Positions 11,539-25,377 of a stretch of DNA of 64,000 bases are shown here, one piece after another; within the stretch, counting starts at the first letter, position 1, and every line of letters starts with the position of its first letter. The translations under genes were made by a program, and so were the position numbers. This stretch comes from Octopus vulgaris. Lineage: Eukaryota. Where the stretch lies: assembly GCA_951406725.2 (NCBI GenBank), contig OX597839.1, positions 11,532,001 to 11,596,000 on the forward strand, given 5' to 3'. A model generated the notes under the pieces. It made no database searches. It was not told the DNA's origin and saw only the letters and a program-made list of their open reading frames with translations.

Positions 11539-11882
11539 GTGAGTAATTACTTCCGCCTCCACTCACACTCACACTCGTCACCACACCACTCCTCCACAAA
11601 CTGTCACCAGTTCAGCTAGGAATTTATTCAATTATCTTCTCAACAATTCTTCTTCTTCTTCTTCTGTTCCTTTTGAATTTTCTCTCTCTCTCTCTCTCCC
11701 TCTTTCTTTCCTTCTCCCCCCTCTCTCTCTCTCTCTCTCTCTCTCACCACCATTTCCGCCCCCCACCTTCACTCCTACCCCCTCTACCCTTTTTAAATCT
11801 TGCCATTGTCTTCCTTTGTAAGGAGCTGATTTCATCAAGGATGCTTTCTAGGTATGAATCTCACTACAGCACGTGTGCACGC

Positions 11883-11951
<69 letters not shown>

Positions 11952-12150
11952 GTTTGTTATCTATTTCGTTCCCATTATGTCATTGTAAGTGTGTGTGTGT
12001 ATGTGTGTGCGCACTTTCCCTTATCAATATGTAGGCACATATGCACAAATGAACTCATACACTCACGACACAAACCATAGACACACACACTCACCATAGT
12101 AATGTGTATGCATATATATACGCATGTGTGTGTGTGTAATAAATATATAC

Positions 12151-12181
<31 letters not shown>

Positions 12182-12507
12182 TATGTAATTAGGGTTCAGC
12201 AAAAAAATTGGCTTTACCACATACCAGACTTTTAGAAATAGCAGCCAAAAAATTTAGCTATTTCTTATTATATTATATGTATGTATGTATTAATATAAAC
12301 AGCCATACACTATGTGTTAGCATAGATATACATGTATATATAAACACACATTATGGAGTGAATCACCTTCTGGTTCTCCTTAAATTTAATTGATGTATTA
12401 TATATAGACTGCTTTTTGCAGTTAAACATACACACATTATATATATATATACACACATACACATATTATATATGTATGTATTGTATGTGTATGTATATAT
12501 ATATATA

Positions 12508-12850
12508 GGTGTAGGAGTGGCTGTGTGGTAAGTAGCTTGCTTACGAACCATATGGTTCCGGGTTCAGTCCCACTGTGTGGCGCCTTGGGCAAGTGTCTTC
12601 CACTATAGCCTCGGGCCGACCAAAGCCTTGTGAGTGGATTTGGTAGACGGAAACTGAAAGAAGCCCGTCGTATATGTGTGTGTTGTGTTTGTCCCCGCCC
12701 CCGTTCCCGTAACTTAGCGGTTCAGCAAAAGAGACCGATAGAATAAGTACTAGGCTTACAAAGAATAAGTCCTGGGGTGGGTCGATTTCCTCGACTAAAG
12801 GTGGTGCTCCAGCATGGCCACAGTCAAATGACTGAAACAAGTAAATGAGT
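12508..12850 (+). mobile_element. SINE family A, near-consensus copy
   Basis: Full head GGAGTGGCTGTGTGGTAAGTAGC through tail AAATGACTGAAACAAGTAAATGAG. Confidence 0.9.
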
Positions 12851-13867
12851 AAATGAGATATATATGTATGTATTATATGCATGTATATATGTATGTATGT
12901 ATGTGTGTATGTATGTATACACACACATGCTGATCACTAGTTGTCCCCATCTGATACATCCTGTCTATTTGTAACATCATAAGTGTGCCACTCTTAAGCT
13001 ATCTTTGAATCTAAACTGAGTTTTGCACATTGGTTAAGTTACCACTCCCCTATTCACAACAATGAACTCTGCCTTCTAATTGTACTTATTTAAAGCTAAG
13101 CAAACTGAGGCAATGAGATTTTAAGTGCACCCCCAACAATGCGGCATGAACCATTAACCTTATAATCAGAAGGTCACTAACTCTATCAACTTGACCAGCT
13201 GTATGTACATACGCAGCTATAATTGCTTTAGGAAATACACAGCAGTCTTTCCTGGATGCTTGTCTCTCTCTGTCAGCGCTTCAGTCTCTACTGCTGTAGT
13301 CTTCGAAACTTGTATTTAATTACACACAGCTAACTTCTTAATAACTAGTGAGACCTGCAATGACTTGTGAGTCAATTTGTAGCATTAAACAACAGTATCT
13401 CCCATCACTGAAAAACTCATCTGTCACATTGTGGATTTTTTAAATTTCATTTATTTACTTTTTATTTTTTTACTATTTTCATTCTTATATTTCCTTTCTA
13501 TTGTATTCTTCACTTTGCTTACAAAACGTTTATCCTACCAACATTTTCGCCTTTATTTTCTTCAAATTCAGTTTGGACCCCAGTAGCCATCATTTATTTG
13601 TTTCTAATTTTAGTTTTGTCTGTATGTCAGTCTCCTCTGTCAGCGACCTATCTTATGAGATTATTCGACCTACTAGAAAAAGCAGCCACTCTTATGAATC
13701 GCAAAAGGGAAATGTTATATTGAATAAAAAAACTGGATAAAGCTCCTTCGTTAGTCCTATGGACTCGTAGGGCCGGTTTCCCAGATTCTCTGGCACATAT
13801 ACTCCTTGTTGGACAGGATGCCAGTCTGTCGCAGGAATACTCATTTTTGCCAGCTGAGTGGGCTTAA

Positions 13868-14087
13868 CCCTTTCATTATTGTATTTATTTTGAGATGCTC
13901 TGTGTTTCTTTCAATCATTTTAAATATAATAAAGAATTTAGTAAAATAACTTAGTTATCATTCAGCTAGTGTTAGGAACAAAATTTGTGACTAAGGTTTG
14001 GTGGAAGATTTTAATTCAAAACTTATGAAAACAAGACATTTGTACTCAGAGCCAGAGCCAGTTTCAGCAAGGTTGGTAACGAAAGGG
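13868..14087 (-). mobile_element. piggyBac-like MITE
   Basis: TTAA|CCCTTTCATTA ... TAACGAAAGGG|TTAA: TTAA TSD and CCC termini. Inserted in an older SINE. Related to 43415-43968, which is in the opposite orientation. Confidence 0.85.
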
Positions 14088-14439
14088 TTAAGCAATGTGA
14101 AATGAAGTGTTTTGTACAGGAATACATCACACTTCCCAGTCCAGGAATTGAAACCACAGATTCTTACAATCGTGAGTCCAATACCCTAACCATTAAGCCA
14201 CACACCTCTACATAGATGGAATAATATAACCCTTAATCCTTTATCATTCAGATTGCTCCTCCAAATGTAATGCTTATTTATTCACACAGTTTTCAATTAA
14301 TCAGGCATCGTCTTGCTCCTTCAAGGTTTCAGTGATGTGATTGTTTATTTTTAGGATGACATTGTAGAGTACAAGTGAGAGGTTGGATCTGGGCAGTTTT
14401 AACATAAAATAGACAGAATATTTTGGCCGAATATGGCTC

Positions 14440-14855
14440 TCTTTACTCTTTTACTCTTTTACTTGTTTCGGTCATTTGACTGCAGCCATGCTGGAGCACC
14501 GCCTTTAGTCAAGCAAATCGACCCCGGGACTTATTCTTTGTAAGCCCAGTACTTATTCTATCAGTCGCTTTTGCCGAACCGCTAAGTGACGGGGGACGTA
14601 AACTCACCAGTATCGGTTGTCAAGCAATGCTGGGGTGACAAACACAGACACACAAACATATACACACACACTTATATATATATACATATATACGACAGGC
14701 TTCTTTCAGTTTCCGTCTACCAAATCCACTCACAAGGCATTGGTCGGCCCAGGGCTATAGCAGAAGACACTTGCCCAAGATGCCACGCAGTGGGACTGAA
14801 CCCGGAACCATGTGGTTGGTTAGCAAGCTACTTATTACACAGCCACTCCTGCACC
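14440..14855 (-). mobile_element. SINE family A
   Basis: Reverse complement of the family-A consensus, with a (CTCTTTTA)n tail at the left end. Confidence 0.9.
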
Positions 14856-15010
14856 TGTTTTTTTTGTGGACTGAGAGGCTGGTTTATTAGAGACCCCCTC
14901 AATAAGGTCCTTTTTTTATTATTATTGGGCCAGGAGGATGTAGTGAGGTTATAGGGCCTTACTTCAGTTGAGATTAAACATGATAAATTTTGTCCTATTG
15001 TTATAAAGCG

Positions 15011-15553
15011 ATAATGCATTATGTCTATAAAAACTAGACAGGATGGTCAGATTTGGAGCATCTTCCATCATTGGTCTGTCTAGTTGAATAATGCATTATA
15101 TCTATAAAAACAAGACGGGATGGTCAGATTTGGAGCATCTTCCATCATCGGTCTGTCTAGTTGGATAATGCATTATGTCTATAAAAACAGGACAGGATGG
15201 TCAGATGTGGAGCATTTTCCATCATTGGTCTGTCTAGTTGGATAATGCATTATGCCTATAAAAAACAAGACAGGATGGTCAGATTTGGAGCATTTTCCAT
15301 CATCGGTCTGTCTAGTTGGATAATGCATTATGTCTATAAAAACAAGACAGGATGGTCAGATTTGGAGCATCTTCCATCATCGGTCTGTCTAGTTGGATAA
15401 TGCATTATGTCTATAAAAAACAAGACAGGATGGTCAGATTTGGAGCATTTTCCATCATCGGTCTGTCTAATTTGATAATGCATTATGCCTATAAAAAACA
15501 AGACAGGATGGTCAGATTTGGAGCATCTTCCATCATCGGTCTATCTAGTTGGA
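15011..15553. repeat. Minisatellite, 7 units of 77-78 bp
   Basis: Unit ATAATGCATTATGTCTATAAAAACAAGACAGGATGGTCAGATTTGGAGCATCTTCCATCATCGGTCTGTCTAGTTGG starts at 15011, 15088, 15165, 15242, 15320, 15397 and 15475. Confidence 0.95.
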
Positions 15554-16694
15554 CTAAAAGGGATTTGGGTGCTAGACAACTACAACCAATATTGCTGTGA
15601 AAAGAATCATTTAAAAGATGTTTTGTACAGACTTGATATGTTGTAAGACAATCTGGAACCATTGAGCCGTTGTGATAAACTCTGGCATCATCGCTGTTGT
15701 TGAATTGTAACGATGATGCTGTCAATGAAGAACTGAAGATAAATAATAGACTTTCGCTACGGACATTAATTGAAGGGTGTCATAAACATTGTATTGATTC
15801 GGAAACACTTCTTAAATATCTGTCTTCAGATAGATGGAAAGAGAGAGAGAGGGGAGAAGGGGTGAAAGATGATATATATGAGAGAGAGATATAAAGATTG
15901 TGATGGATAGATAGATAGATAGATAGAGAGATAGGTTGCAAGAGGTGGAGAGGTAGCTGAGGAGAAGGAGATTATGAGCTAGAAAGGAAAAGAGATTGCT
16001 GGCGAGATAGAGATAGAGATTGAGAAGCTGGTCTGGATGGAGAGCAGTGGGGGGGACTGCACCTAACTAAAATTGAAATGAATGAAAAGACAGTTGGTAA
16101 TTGTGGTCATGTCCACTTATGATTGTAGTGCAATAAATTTACTTTGCTTTCATTGTTAAGTAATTAACGCTTCAAACAGTGGACCAGTAGCCTTGCATTG
16201 AAGACATCTTCAACCACCACCACCACCGCAGCTACTGACAACAATGGCCTATGATGATGATAATGGTGATAGAATTGAGTAGCGGGTTGATGGCAGGGGG
16301 TAGTGGTGGGTCCTGCTGAAAAGTAGCCAGCAGAGAGAATGGCAGTTTTTCAAATTAAATACTTTCTTTCTCGGCTCTGCTAAATTACAGGGATTCCTTG
16401 ATTAATGCTTATTATAACAGTTTAGCGGAAATAGTCTTCAAACTTGCTAATTCTCTTTCTCTCTCATTTCACGGGGTCTTGCAATGACAGCTACTACATT
16501 TAGCGTCTATTGTTCGGAAAACAAAAACAAAAAAATAAAATAAAATAAAAAATAATAAACAATAAAGAAAAGACAAAAAAGAAACATCCATTACTGTGGC
16601 GTTGCAATTAAAACCAGATTGTCATCTTGTAATGTGAATTTGACAGATCCTGGTGCAAATGAGCCGAGAAAGTGCTTGGTATTAAGACACACTG

Positions 16695-17252
16695 ATTGCT
16701 ACATGTGAGGTAATGATGGACTCGGTGTTGTTGTTGGGAGAGGAAGAAGGAAAGGAGGGCATCTGGTATGTAAATAGGCCATGTAATGATCAGTATTTGA
16801 TACTCTAATTGCTACATGTGGAATGATGAATGCAGTGTTTTGTTTTCGACATGTGGTAAGGAAATAGTAAATATTTGCATAGCAGTTGGTATTCGAGACA
16901 GTAAGAGCCACATGTTTTATTTACACAGTGAATAGCTACATACTTCATTAGATTGATGATAGCTACATGTTTTTTTTGGGTGTTTGAAAGTTAAATATTT
17001 TATTGGGATGAAGAATGTCTGTTTTAAGGTGTGAAGGAAAGCTACATGTCTTGTTGGCTAGAGGATAACTACATGTTTTGGGGTAGAGGAGAGCTAGCTA
17101 TATATTTTATTAGGTAGAAGATAGCTACATGTTTTGATGGCACAAGGATTGCTACATGTTTTGTTGGCTAAAGGATATCTACATAGTTTAATGGCTATTT
17201 TATTAAGTGGACAATAGTTACATGTTTTATTCGACTGAGGATAGCTACCTGT
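16695..17252. repeat. Old degenerate tandem repeat built on GATAGCTACATGTTTT
   Basis: GCTACATG or a close variant recurs more than 10 times, at about 30-bp spacing in the 3' half. Confidence 0.65.
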
Positions 17253-17299
17253 CACAGTTCAATGGCTAAACAAGTTAAAGATAAAAAGATATAAGCACA

Positions 17300-18070
17300 G
17301 TCATGGCTGTATGGTAAGAAGGCGGCAAGCTTAGCGATATTTCTACTGCCATTACATTCTGAGTTCAAATTCTGCCGAGGTTGACTTTGCCTTTCATCCT
17401 TTCATCATCATCATCATCATCATCATCGTTTAGCGTCCGCTTTCCATGCTAGCATGGGTTGGACGGTTCAACTGGGGTCTGGGAAGCTAGAAGGCTGCAC
17501 CAGGCCCAGTCTGATCTGGCAATGTTTCTATGGCTGGATGCCCTTCCTAACACCAACCACTCCATGAGTGTAGTGGGTGCTTTTTACGTGCCAGACGAGG
17601 CTGGCAAACGGCCACGATCAGATGATGCTTTTTACGTGCCACCGGCATGGAGGCCAGGCGGGGCTGGAAATGGCCATGATCGGATGGTGCTTTTTACGTG
17701 CCACTGGCACGAAGGCCAGACGGGGTGGCGCTGGCAATGGCCACGTTCGGATGGTTCACCTATGTGCCACCGGCACTGGTGTCACAGCTACAATTTCCAT
17801 TGATGTTGATCAATTTCGGGGTCGATAAATTAAGTACCACTTATACACTGAGGTCGATGTAATCGACTTAATCCCTTTGTTTGTCCCCTCTATGTTTAGC
17901 CCCTTGTGAGCAATAAAGAAATAAGAAGTTTACTTCCCAACCACATGGTTCTGGGTTCAGTCTCAATGTGTGACACTGCAGGTAAATATTTTCTACTATA
18001 GCCACGGGCTGTCCAAAGCTTTGACTGGATTTAGTAGACAGAAACTGAAAGCTCATCTTGTGTGTGTGTG
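17300..18070. mobile_element. Triple-nested SINEs: A containing B containing C
   Basis: The A head is broken at TAAGAAG (duplicated at about 17316 and 17922). B is split at CATCCTTT(C)/TTTCGGGGTCGATAAA by a minus-strand C copy (about 17403-17812). Confidence 0.85.
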
Positions 18071-18768
18071 CGCGTAAGTTTATATGTTCATTCACCATGC
18101 AACATATGTGACCTTGACCTTCAGATCGTGAAGTGTACTTTGAAGTAGGGGTTGGGGAGCCGAGTGGTGAGGGAATGGCAAATATTAATTTCAAATTTGT
18201 TTTCCAAATCCTATTTTGATTGCTGCTAATAATTTCATCCCGTCAAATGGTGGGAAACAGTGGCAAAGTTCTTTAAAGTTCTTTAAAGCCCATTATTTGT
18301 CATCTGATGCCAGTAATATTTTTTGGTAATTGAGAATCAGTGAGGAGCCTAATCCTCGAAAGTAATTTTAGTTCTGTTCTTCCTACATGGGGGGAGTTCA
18401 AATTAGCTCTTAAATAACTACTGCTGCCCCTTAACAAACACATCCAACACGCCTGACAACTCCTACTGCCGTCTAACTTGTTTCAAACCAGCATGACTGG
18501 TTTGATACATAGCCAGTAAGCTCTCTTGCGAAGTTCCTTAATTGTAAGTCGATACAGGGGAGACTAGGTCTCAGTCGCCAAACCACTCCACCCATGTTTC
18601 ATATCAGACGCTCACTCTCTCTCTCCCCACCATGATGTATAACAAGTCGAAAGTTGATAGCCCTTTCATAGAGCTAGCCAGACTCTTGATACCATGTCGC
18701 TCCCCAGCTAACTTTTTTTCTTGTAAAGGAAACACTTTGAAAATAAACTGTCTGTTGTGATCATTATG

Positions 18769-18801
<33 letters not shown>

Positions 18802-19513
18802 TACATACACATATATGCAGAGTAATGAGTCTTCAGGAAACCTCACAGATCTCTTGTTTTTCAGTTTATGGTTTAGCCGTAGGGGGTAGGGCAGTGCCCA
18901 TAAGCTTTTGGTATGGTTGCAGGGCCTGTGTGACTGGTGGGGCAGAAAAGGGGGTGGAAGAAACCAATAACCCCTGAGTAGCTAGCTTAAGAAGCAGGGT
19001 AACAAGATATCTTCGTTAATGTCATTAGCCTGGAGATGAGAAGCCTGTAATAATATTAATCCTAACACTTCAGATAAGGTGTTAACATCCAATAACATCT
19101 AAGTCAAACCCAAAAGTACCAGAATGTCTACTAGAATTCCTCTTTTTTTTTGTATTTTATTCTGCCAAATGGTGTGAGATTTAATTGAATATGAACTAAT
19201 TAGTTTTGTAAACAAGCATTAGACATATCCCAAAACTGTCTCGTTTATGAAAATCTTTGATAAAACAAGGGCAAAAACTGGCTAACAGCAGCAAGGGCCG
19301 GATGTGGTGCAGGGAGAGATTAGTCATTTGAATCAACCCTCATACAGTGTTGGTACTTTATTTCATTGAACCCAGGATGGATGAAAGGCAAAGTCAGCAT
19401 GGGCAGGATTTGAAACCTAAACTTTATGATCCAGAGCATGTACTGCAAGGCATTCTATTTTTTCCCTTCCAGTGTTTCTGCCATTCCACCACCCTACAAC
19501 CAATCCATTAACC

Positions 19514-19544
<31 letters not shown>

Positions 19545-19709
19545 CCTGTCTGCTATAAGTACAAGGCATGAAATTTGGTAGGAAGAGGTCTAGTCAACTA
19601 CATTGACCAACCACAAAAGGGAAATGCTGCTAAATCTTCCTGTCTTCATGTTAATTGATCTGCCAGCTCACTGCCTTGTGAATAATGATAATGATAATAA
19701 TAATAATCA

Positions 19710-20035
19710 TCATCATTATCGTTTAACGCCCGCTTTCCATGCTAGCATGGGTTGGATGATTTGACTGAGGACTGGTGAACCATATGGCTGCGCCAGGCTC
19801 CAATCTGATCTGGCAGAGTTTCTACAGCTGGATGTCCTTCCTAATGCCAACCACTCTGAGAGTGTAGTGGGTGCTTTTTATGTGCCACCGGCACGAGGGC
19901 CAGTCAAGCAGTACTGGCAATGGCCATGCTCAAATGGTGCTTTTTATGTGCCACATGTACAGGAGCCAGTCCAGCGACACTAGCAACGACCTCACTCGAA
20001 TGTTTTTTCACGTACCACCAGCACAAGTGCCACAC
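19710..20035 (-). mobile_element. SINE family C, (GAT)n-tailed with internal GTGCC repeats
   Basis: CATCATC..GTTTAACGCCCGCTTTCCATGCTAGCATGGGTTGG..CTGGATGTCCTTCCTAATGCCAACCAC. Other copies at about 5632, 23410, 29045, 47890, 51870 and 52793. Confidence 0.85.
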
Positions 20036-20827
20036 CTTAATAATAATAATAATTATAATAATAATAATAATGATAATCCTTTCTACTATAGACAAAAGGT
20101 TTGAAATTTATGGGGAGGAGACCAGTCAATTACATCAACCCCAGTATTTCATTGGTACTTAATTTATTGACCCTGAAAGGATGAAAAGTAAAGTTGACCT
20201 CAGCAGGATTTGAACCCAAAATGTAAAGGTGGATGAAATGCTATAAATCATTTTGCCCAGTGTGCTAACGATTCTGCCAGCTTGCCACCTTCACTTAATA
20301 GCGATATAATGATGATGGTGATGATGATCATGACTTTGATGATGATGATGTTGATGTCAACGTCAATGATGATGATTTTTCTCACCTAAGCACAAAGTTT
20401 GAAATGTGGTTTCTCTGTGTGTGTGTGTGTGCGTGTAATTGGTCCCCAGTATATGACAGCTACTCCTTTCATCAGCTTCCACTGGATGAAAGGCCATGTC
20501 AACTACGATATAAAAGAGTAATTTACTAACATTTAGCTGATTCCAGTCACGTTCAAACACTCCTTGCATCCAATTTCATTGAAATCCATCATATTCCCTG
20601 TTTCTCTTTGTTGATTCCACAACTATTTCCATCTACCAGCCATGCCCCTCCCCTCTTTTCATTCTCTCCAAATGCCATGTCATGCCATATTTCTCTCCTA
20701 AAAGATGGCTGTCCTCCTCCTCCTCCTTGCTGTCTTTGAAATCCTATCTACATGTTTTTCTGTGATGGGAGTGAGGCAGGGGGGATGGAATGATTTCCAA
20801 ATGTCTGTTACTGTATTGTATTGCCAG

Positions 20828-21190
20828 CATCATCATCATCATCATCATCATCACCACAGCTATCACCACCACCATCATCATCATCACTGTCACCATTGTC
20901 ATCATTGCCATCACCACCCCCACAACCATCAGCACCATCATCACTGCCATAACCATCGTCATCATCACAACCACCACCATCATTCACCATCACCACCATT
21001 ATCACAACCACCATCACCACCACCACAATCATTACCACCACCACTATCATCATTATCATCATCACCACCACCATCATCATCGTCATCATTGTCATCATCA
21101 TCACCATCAGGACTGAAGTACCAAGCACCAACTATACGGTCACACCACAGTACCATACACCACACCACACCACACCATACTACTTCACAC
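20828..21190. repeat. (CAT/CAC)n trinucleotide tract
   Basis: Direct reading; source of the poly-His pseudo-ORF. Confidence 0.9.
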
Positions 21191-21457
21191 CATAGTACTA
21201 CTCTACATGGTTGCTCTACCTGCTATGAATGGCAGCCAAATCTTTCTCAAATCACAAAGAATATGTTGAGTAATGTGATCCTAGGTTCCTTGTAAAGACA
21301 GGATTGTCACATTTGGAATGTCTTTCATAATCAACTTGCTGACCTCCTGGCGTGGGGGTGGGGGGTGTTGTGACACACTTCATCTCTCACCTCCATTGAT
21401 TGTACCATGGCTGCTGCTACCAAGATGTTGTTTACACTTTGTAGGCCAAATAACAGC

Positions 21458-22035
21458 TCTTTCCTTCCTCTCCTGCCTCCTCATCTTCTTTCTTCCTCCA
21501 CATCCTCTTTTCCTCACTTTTCTTCTCTTCATCCTCCACTGTTTCCTCTTCTTTTTCTTTTTCTTCACCTTTTCCTTTTCTTTCTCTTTTTTTTCCTCTT
21601 CCCCTTCTCTTGCTTCCTCATTCCTCCTCCTCCTTTTTCTATCCTTTTTCTCCTCTTCCTCACCTTTTCCTTTTTCTCTTTTTTCCCTCTTCCCCTTCTC
21701 TTGCTTCCTCATTCTTCCTCCTCCTCCTTTTTCTATCCTTTTCCTCCTCTTCCTCCTCCTCTCCTTTTCCTTTTTCTCTTTTTTCCTCTTCCCCTTCTCT
21801 TGCTTCCTCTTTCCCCCTCCTCTTGTCCTGCTCTTCTTCATCCTTCACTGTTTCCTCTTCTTTTTCTTTATCCTCCTCCTCTTTCTCACCTTTTCCTTTT
21901 CTTTCTCTTTTTTCCCTCTTGCTTCCTCTTTCCCCCTCCTCTTCTCTTCTCTTCTTTCTCCTCTTATTCCTCCTTTTCTTCTTCCTCCTCCTCCTCCCTC
22001 CCCTTCCTCCTTTCACTCTTCCTGCTCCTCTCTTA
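21458..22035. repeat. Polypyrimidine (CT-rich) tract with internal duplications
   Basis: Almost only C/T for about 570 bp. CTCTTCCCCTTCTCTTGCTTCCTC occurs three times and CTTCATCCT(C/T)CACTGTTTCCTCTTCTTTTTC twice. Confidence 0.9.
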
Positions 22036-22356
22036 TCACCACAGTGGTGGTAGCAGTGGTGGTGGTGGTGGTGGTGAAGCAGTATTGGTTGTAGTTGATC
22101 TGAAGATTAATGTTTTATTCATTTCAACAAAGGTTACAACATTTCGTATATTCTCTGCTTCCACATCAAGAGGAAAATTTTATTGCTTTCTGTCTCTGCA
22201 TTTGTGTGTGTGATAAACTGTACATGTATATGCATGTATACCTGTGTGTATGTAACAGTATGGTTGTTGGCAGCCAGTCGAGACCTGTTCTGTTTTTACT
22301 TGAGTTTGGGTTTGTGTGTCTACATATATATACATACATATATATATACATATATA

Positions 22357-22562
22357 GCGTGCCGGGCGAGATGCTTAGCGGTATTTCGTCTGTCGTTACG
22401 TTCTGAGTTCAAATTCCGCTGAGGTTAACTTTGCCTTTCATCCTTTCAGGGTCGATAAATAAAATACCAGTTTCGCACTGGGGTCGATGTAATCGACTTA
22501 ATCCCTTTGTCTGTCCTTGTTTGTCCCCTCTATGTTTAGCCCCTTGTGGACAGTAAAGAAAT
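22357..22562 (+). mobile_element. SINE family B
   Basis: Matches 7010-7239 and 38549-38780. Confidence 0.85.
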
Positions 22563-23092
22563 ATATATATACATATACACAGACACACATACACATCATC
22601 ATCATCATCATCATAACATCCACTTTTTTCCACTTGCAATTTAAAGGGTCAGCCTTGCCCCATTCTCTGTCATGCTGAGTCTCCCTGAGAACAACTAAAG
22701 GCTATGCCTGTCTGAGGTGTGCTCAGCCACTTGCACATGAAATTTTACAAGTAGGCTGTTTTGTTGATCAGATCAACTGGAACACTCATTGTTGTAACCA
22801 ACAGAGTGCCAGATATATATATATATATATCACATGACCAGGCTAACAGATATTATTACACATCACTAGTCACAATGCACTTTTTTGCATTGTTCTAGCC
22901 TTTAAATGATGCCACTCCACTGGCTAGGAGAGCAGGCCAACATACTACCCCCCCCCTGATGGAAAGGAGTGTGAAAGAAAGTGTTTTGTTCAAGAACAGA
23001 ATGTGCTGCCCAGTCAGGGAATCGAACCCACAATCTACCAATTGTGAGTACAACAGCCTAACTACTAGGCTATGTACCTTCACAATTATCTA

Positions 23093-23166
<74 letters not shown>

Positions 23167-24014
23167 TATATCATCTTTTGTAGTTTAATTTTTACTTATT
23201 TCAGTCATTGAACTGTGGCCATGCTGGGGCACTGCCTTGAAGAGTTTTTAGTCGAACAAATCAACCCTAGTACTTATTTTTATACCTATTACCTATACTA
23301 CCAAAACTGCTAAGTTACAGGAATGCAAACAAACCAACACTGGTTCTCATGCAGTGGTGGGTGACAAGCACTAAGGCACACATTCGTAGATATATATTTA
23401 TAAATATAACATCATCATCATTTAACATCCACCTTCCATACTGACATGGGTTGGGCGGTTTAACAGGAGCTAGCTAGGTAGAAGACTACCCCAGGCTGCT
23501 ACATCTGTTTTGGCACAGTTTTTACAGCTGAATGCCCTTCCTAACACCAACCACCCCACAGAGTGGACTGAGTGCTTTTTACATGGCACCAGCACGGGTA
23601 AGATCAGTTTTGGCATGTTTTTTACAGCTGGATGCCCTTCCAAATGCCAACCACTTTACAGTGTGGACTGGATGCATTTTACATGGCATTAGCATTGGCA
23701 GGATCACTAAGTGACTTGCAAGACAAAGAATTTTGGGAGAATGTGGAATAATTGTTTTTTGAAATTGATTCTTGAAGTACACATAAAGCTATAAATAATA
23801 GTTTCTGTCCATCATAAGGCTTTGGCTGGCTCAGGCCTATAATAAAGACATTTGGCCATGGTACCATGCAGCGGAACTGAACCTGGAACCAGTTATTAGG
23901 AAACAAACTTCTTACCACACAGCCACACCTTCTGTATTTTCCTCTTTTTAAAAAAGAGACACAACAGGTTATTATCCGAAGAATTTTAGCTGCACTTTCT
24001 TGCTGGCCCTGATT

Positions 24015-24415
24015 TTGTTGTATGCTACATTGTTCCGCAGTGCCAAGTTCTGTGGTGTTTGTTGAATTACCATGTTGGTTGTGTTCTATTGTATTCTGTT
24101 GTTCTGTATGTTGCGTTGTGATGTATATGGCCTTCTGTTGTATGATATTTTGACATGCAGTGTTGTGTTCTGTGTTGTGATGTTTGTTGTGTTCTACTGT
24201 TTTCTGTTGTGATGTGTCGGTTTCTACTGTGTTTTGTTGTGTTGTGGTGTGCTGGTATCTGTTACGGCTTGTTGTCATGCGAAATCTTATGCTGTGTTCT
24301 GTTGTGATGCATTAGTTTCTACTGTTTTGTTCTTTTGTGTTGTGAGATGCCGTGTCATGTTGTGAGATGCCTTGTCATGTTGTGAGATGTCGTGTTGTGT
24401 TGTCATGCTAATAGT
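24015..24415. repeat. Degenerate (TGTTG/TGTGT)n low-complexity repeat
   Basis: Direct reading; explains the 199-aa T/Q-rich minus-strand ORF. Confidence 0.8.
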
Positions 24416-25335
24416 TTTGTAATATTAAATACACATGTGTGGTGTTGTTATTACTCACAAAGCTCTGTTGGTGGGTAGACAGAGGGTTAAAATAAACCTC
24501 ACAATTACCTCTATCTCCTGCTTCTCCGGGTGGAGAGGGGGTGGATTGTTTTCTCAGCAGTCACTCCTACAATTTATTTCTCCTCACCCCCACCACCCTC
24601 ATCAGTCGCCACCCCCCCCCTCTCAATCCCCAACCCATCCCACCTCCTAGCAGCCATTGCTGCAATACTTCTCCTCCTCTTACTCCTCCTCCAGTATTTG
24701 CATTTCACCCTACCGCTGCCCCCTCCCACCTGGGGTTGTTTTTTTTTTGTGTTTTTTTCCCCCCAGCAGTCGCTGTTGCAGCACTTCACCTTTTCCCCAA
24801 CAGTGAATACTGCAACACACCACCACTGTTTTTCCTTCTGCCATTTCACAGCAGTCATTGCTGCAACACCCTGTCCTCCACCCCACCCCCTCTCTCTTTC
24901 TCTCTCTCTCTCTCTCTCCAGCGGTTAGCTGTGGGACCTCCCCTTCTCTCTACCTTTCTCTCCAGTCTCTTGGAATATGCCAAGTTACTGTGATGTTTAT
25001 CACCTTTCCCTGTATCTCACCCCCACTCTTTACCTGTCTTTCTCTCTCTCTCTGCCATTCTCCCTCTCTCCCTCCTCTCCATCTCTTTTTCCTCTCCATC
25101 TCGTTTTCCTCTCCCTCTCTCCATCTCTTTTTCCTCTCCATGCATCTCTCACTCTCTAGTGTTTTCCATGCATCTCTGCCTCCATCTCTTGCGGCCTAAT
25201 TGTTAACGAGTCGTTACATCAGACTAACTGATCACAGCTCATGTTCTCAGCAACTATATTTCAGTTGACACAGCTAATTAAAAGCTAATTATAGTAAAAA
25301 TGATTTAAGACATTGGCCATGTCAGTATGTTGCCA

Positions 25336-25377
<42 letters not shown>

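Noticed and set aside
15011-15553. Regular repeat array superficially like CRISPR
   Set aside because: Units are contiguous with no unique spacers, there are no cas genes, and the context is eukaryotic.
20705-22213. Poly-His ORF with a signal-peptide-like start, and 258-268-aa Phe/Leu/Ser-rich ORFs
   Set aside because: Trinucleotide and CT-rich low-complexity DNA; open on both strands, with no splice or codon evidence.
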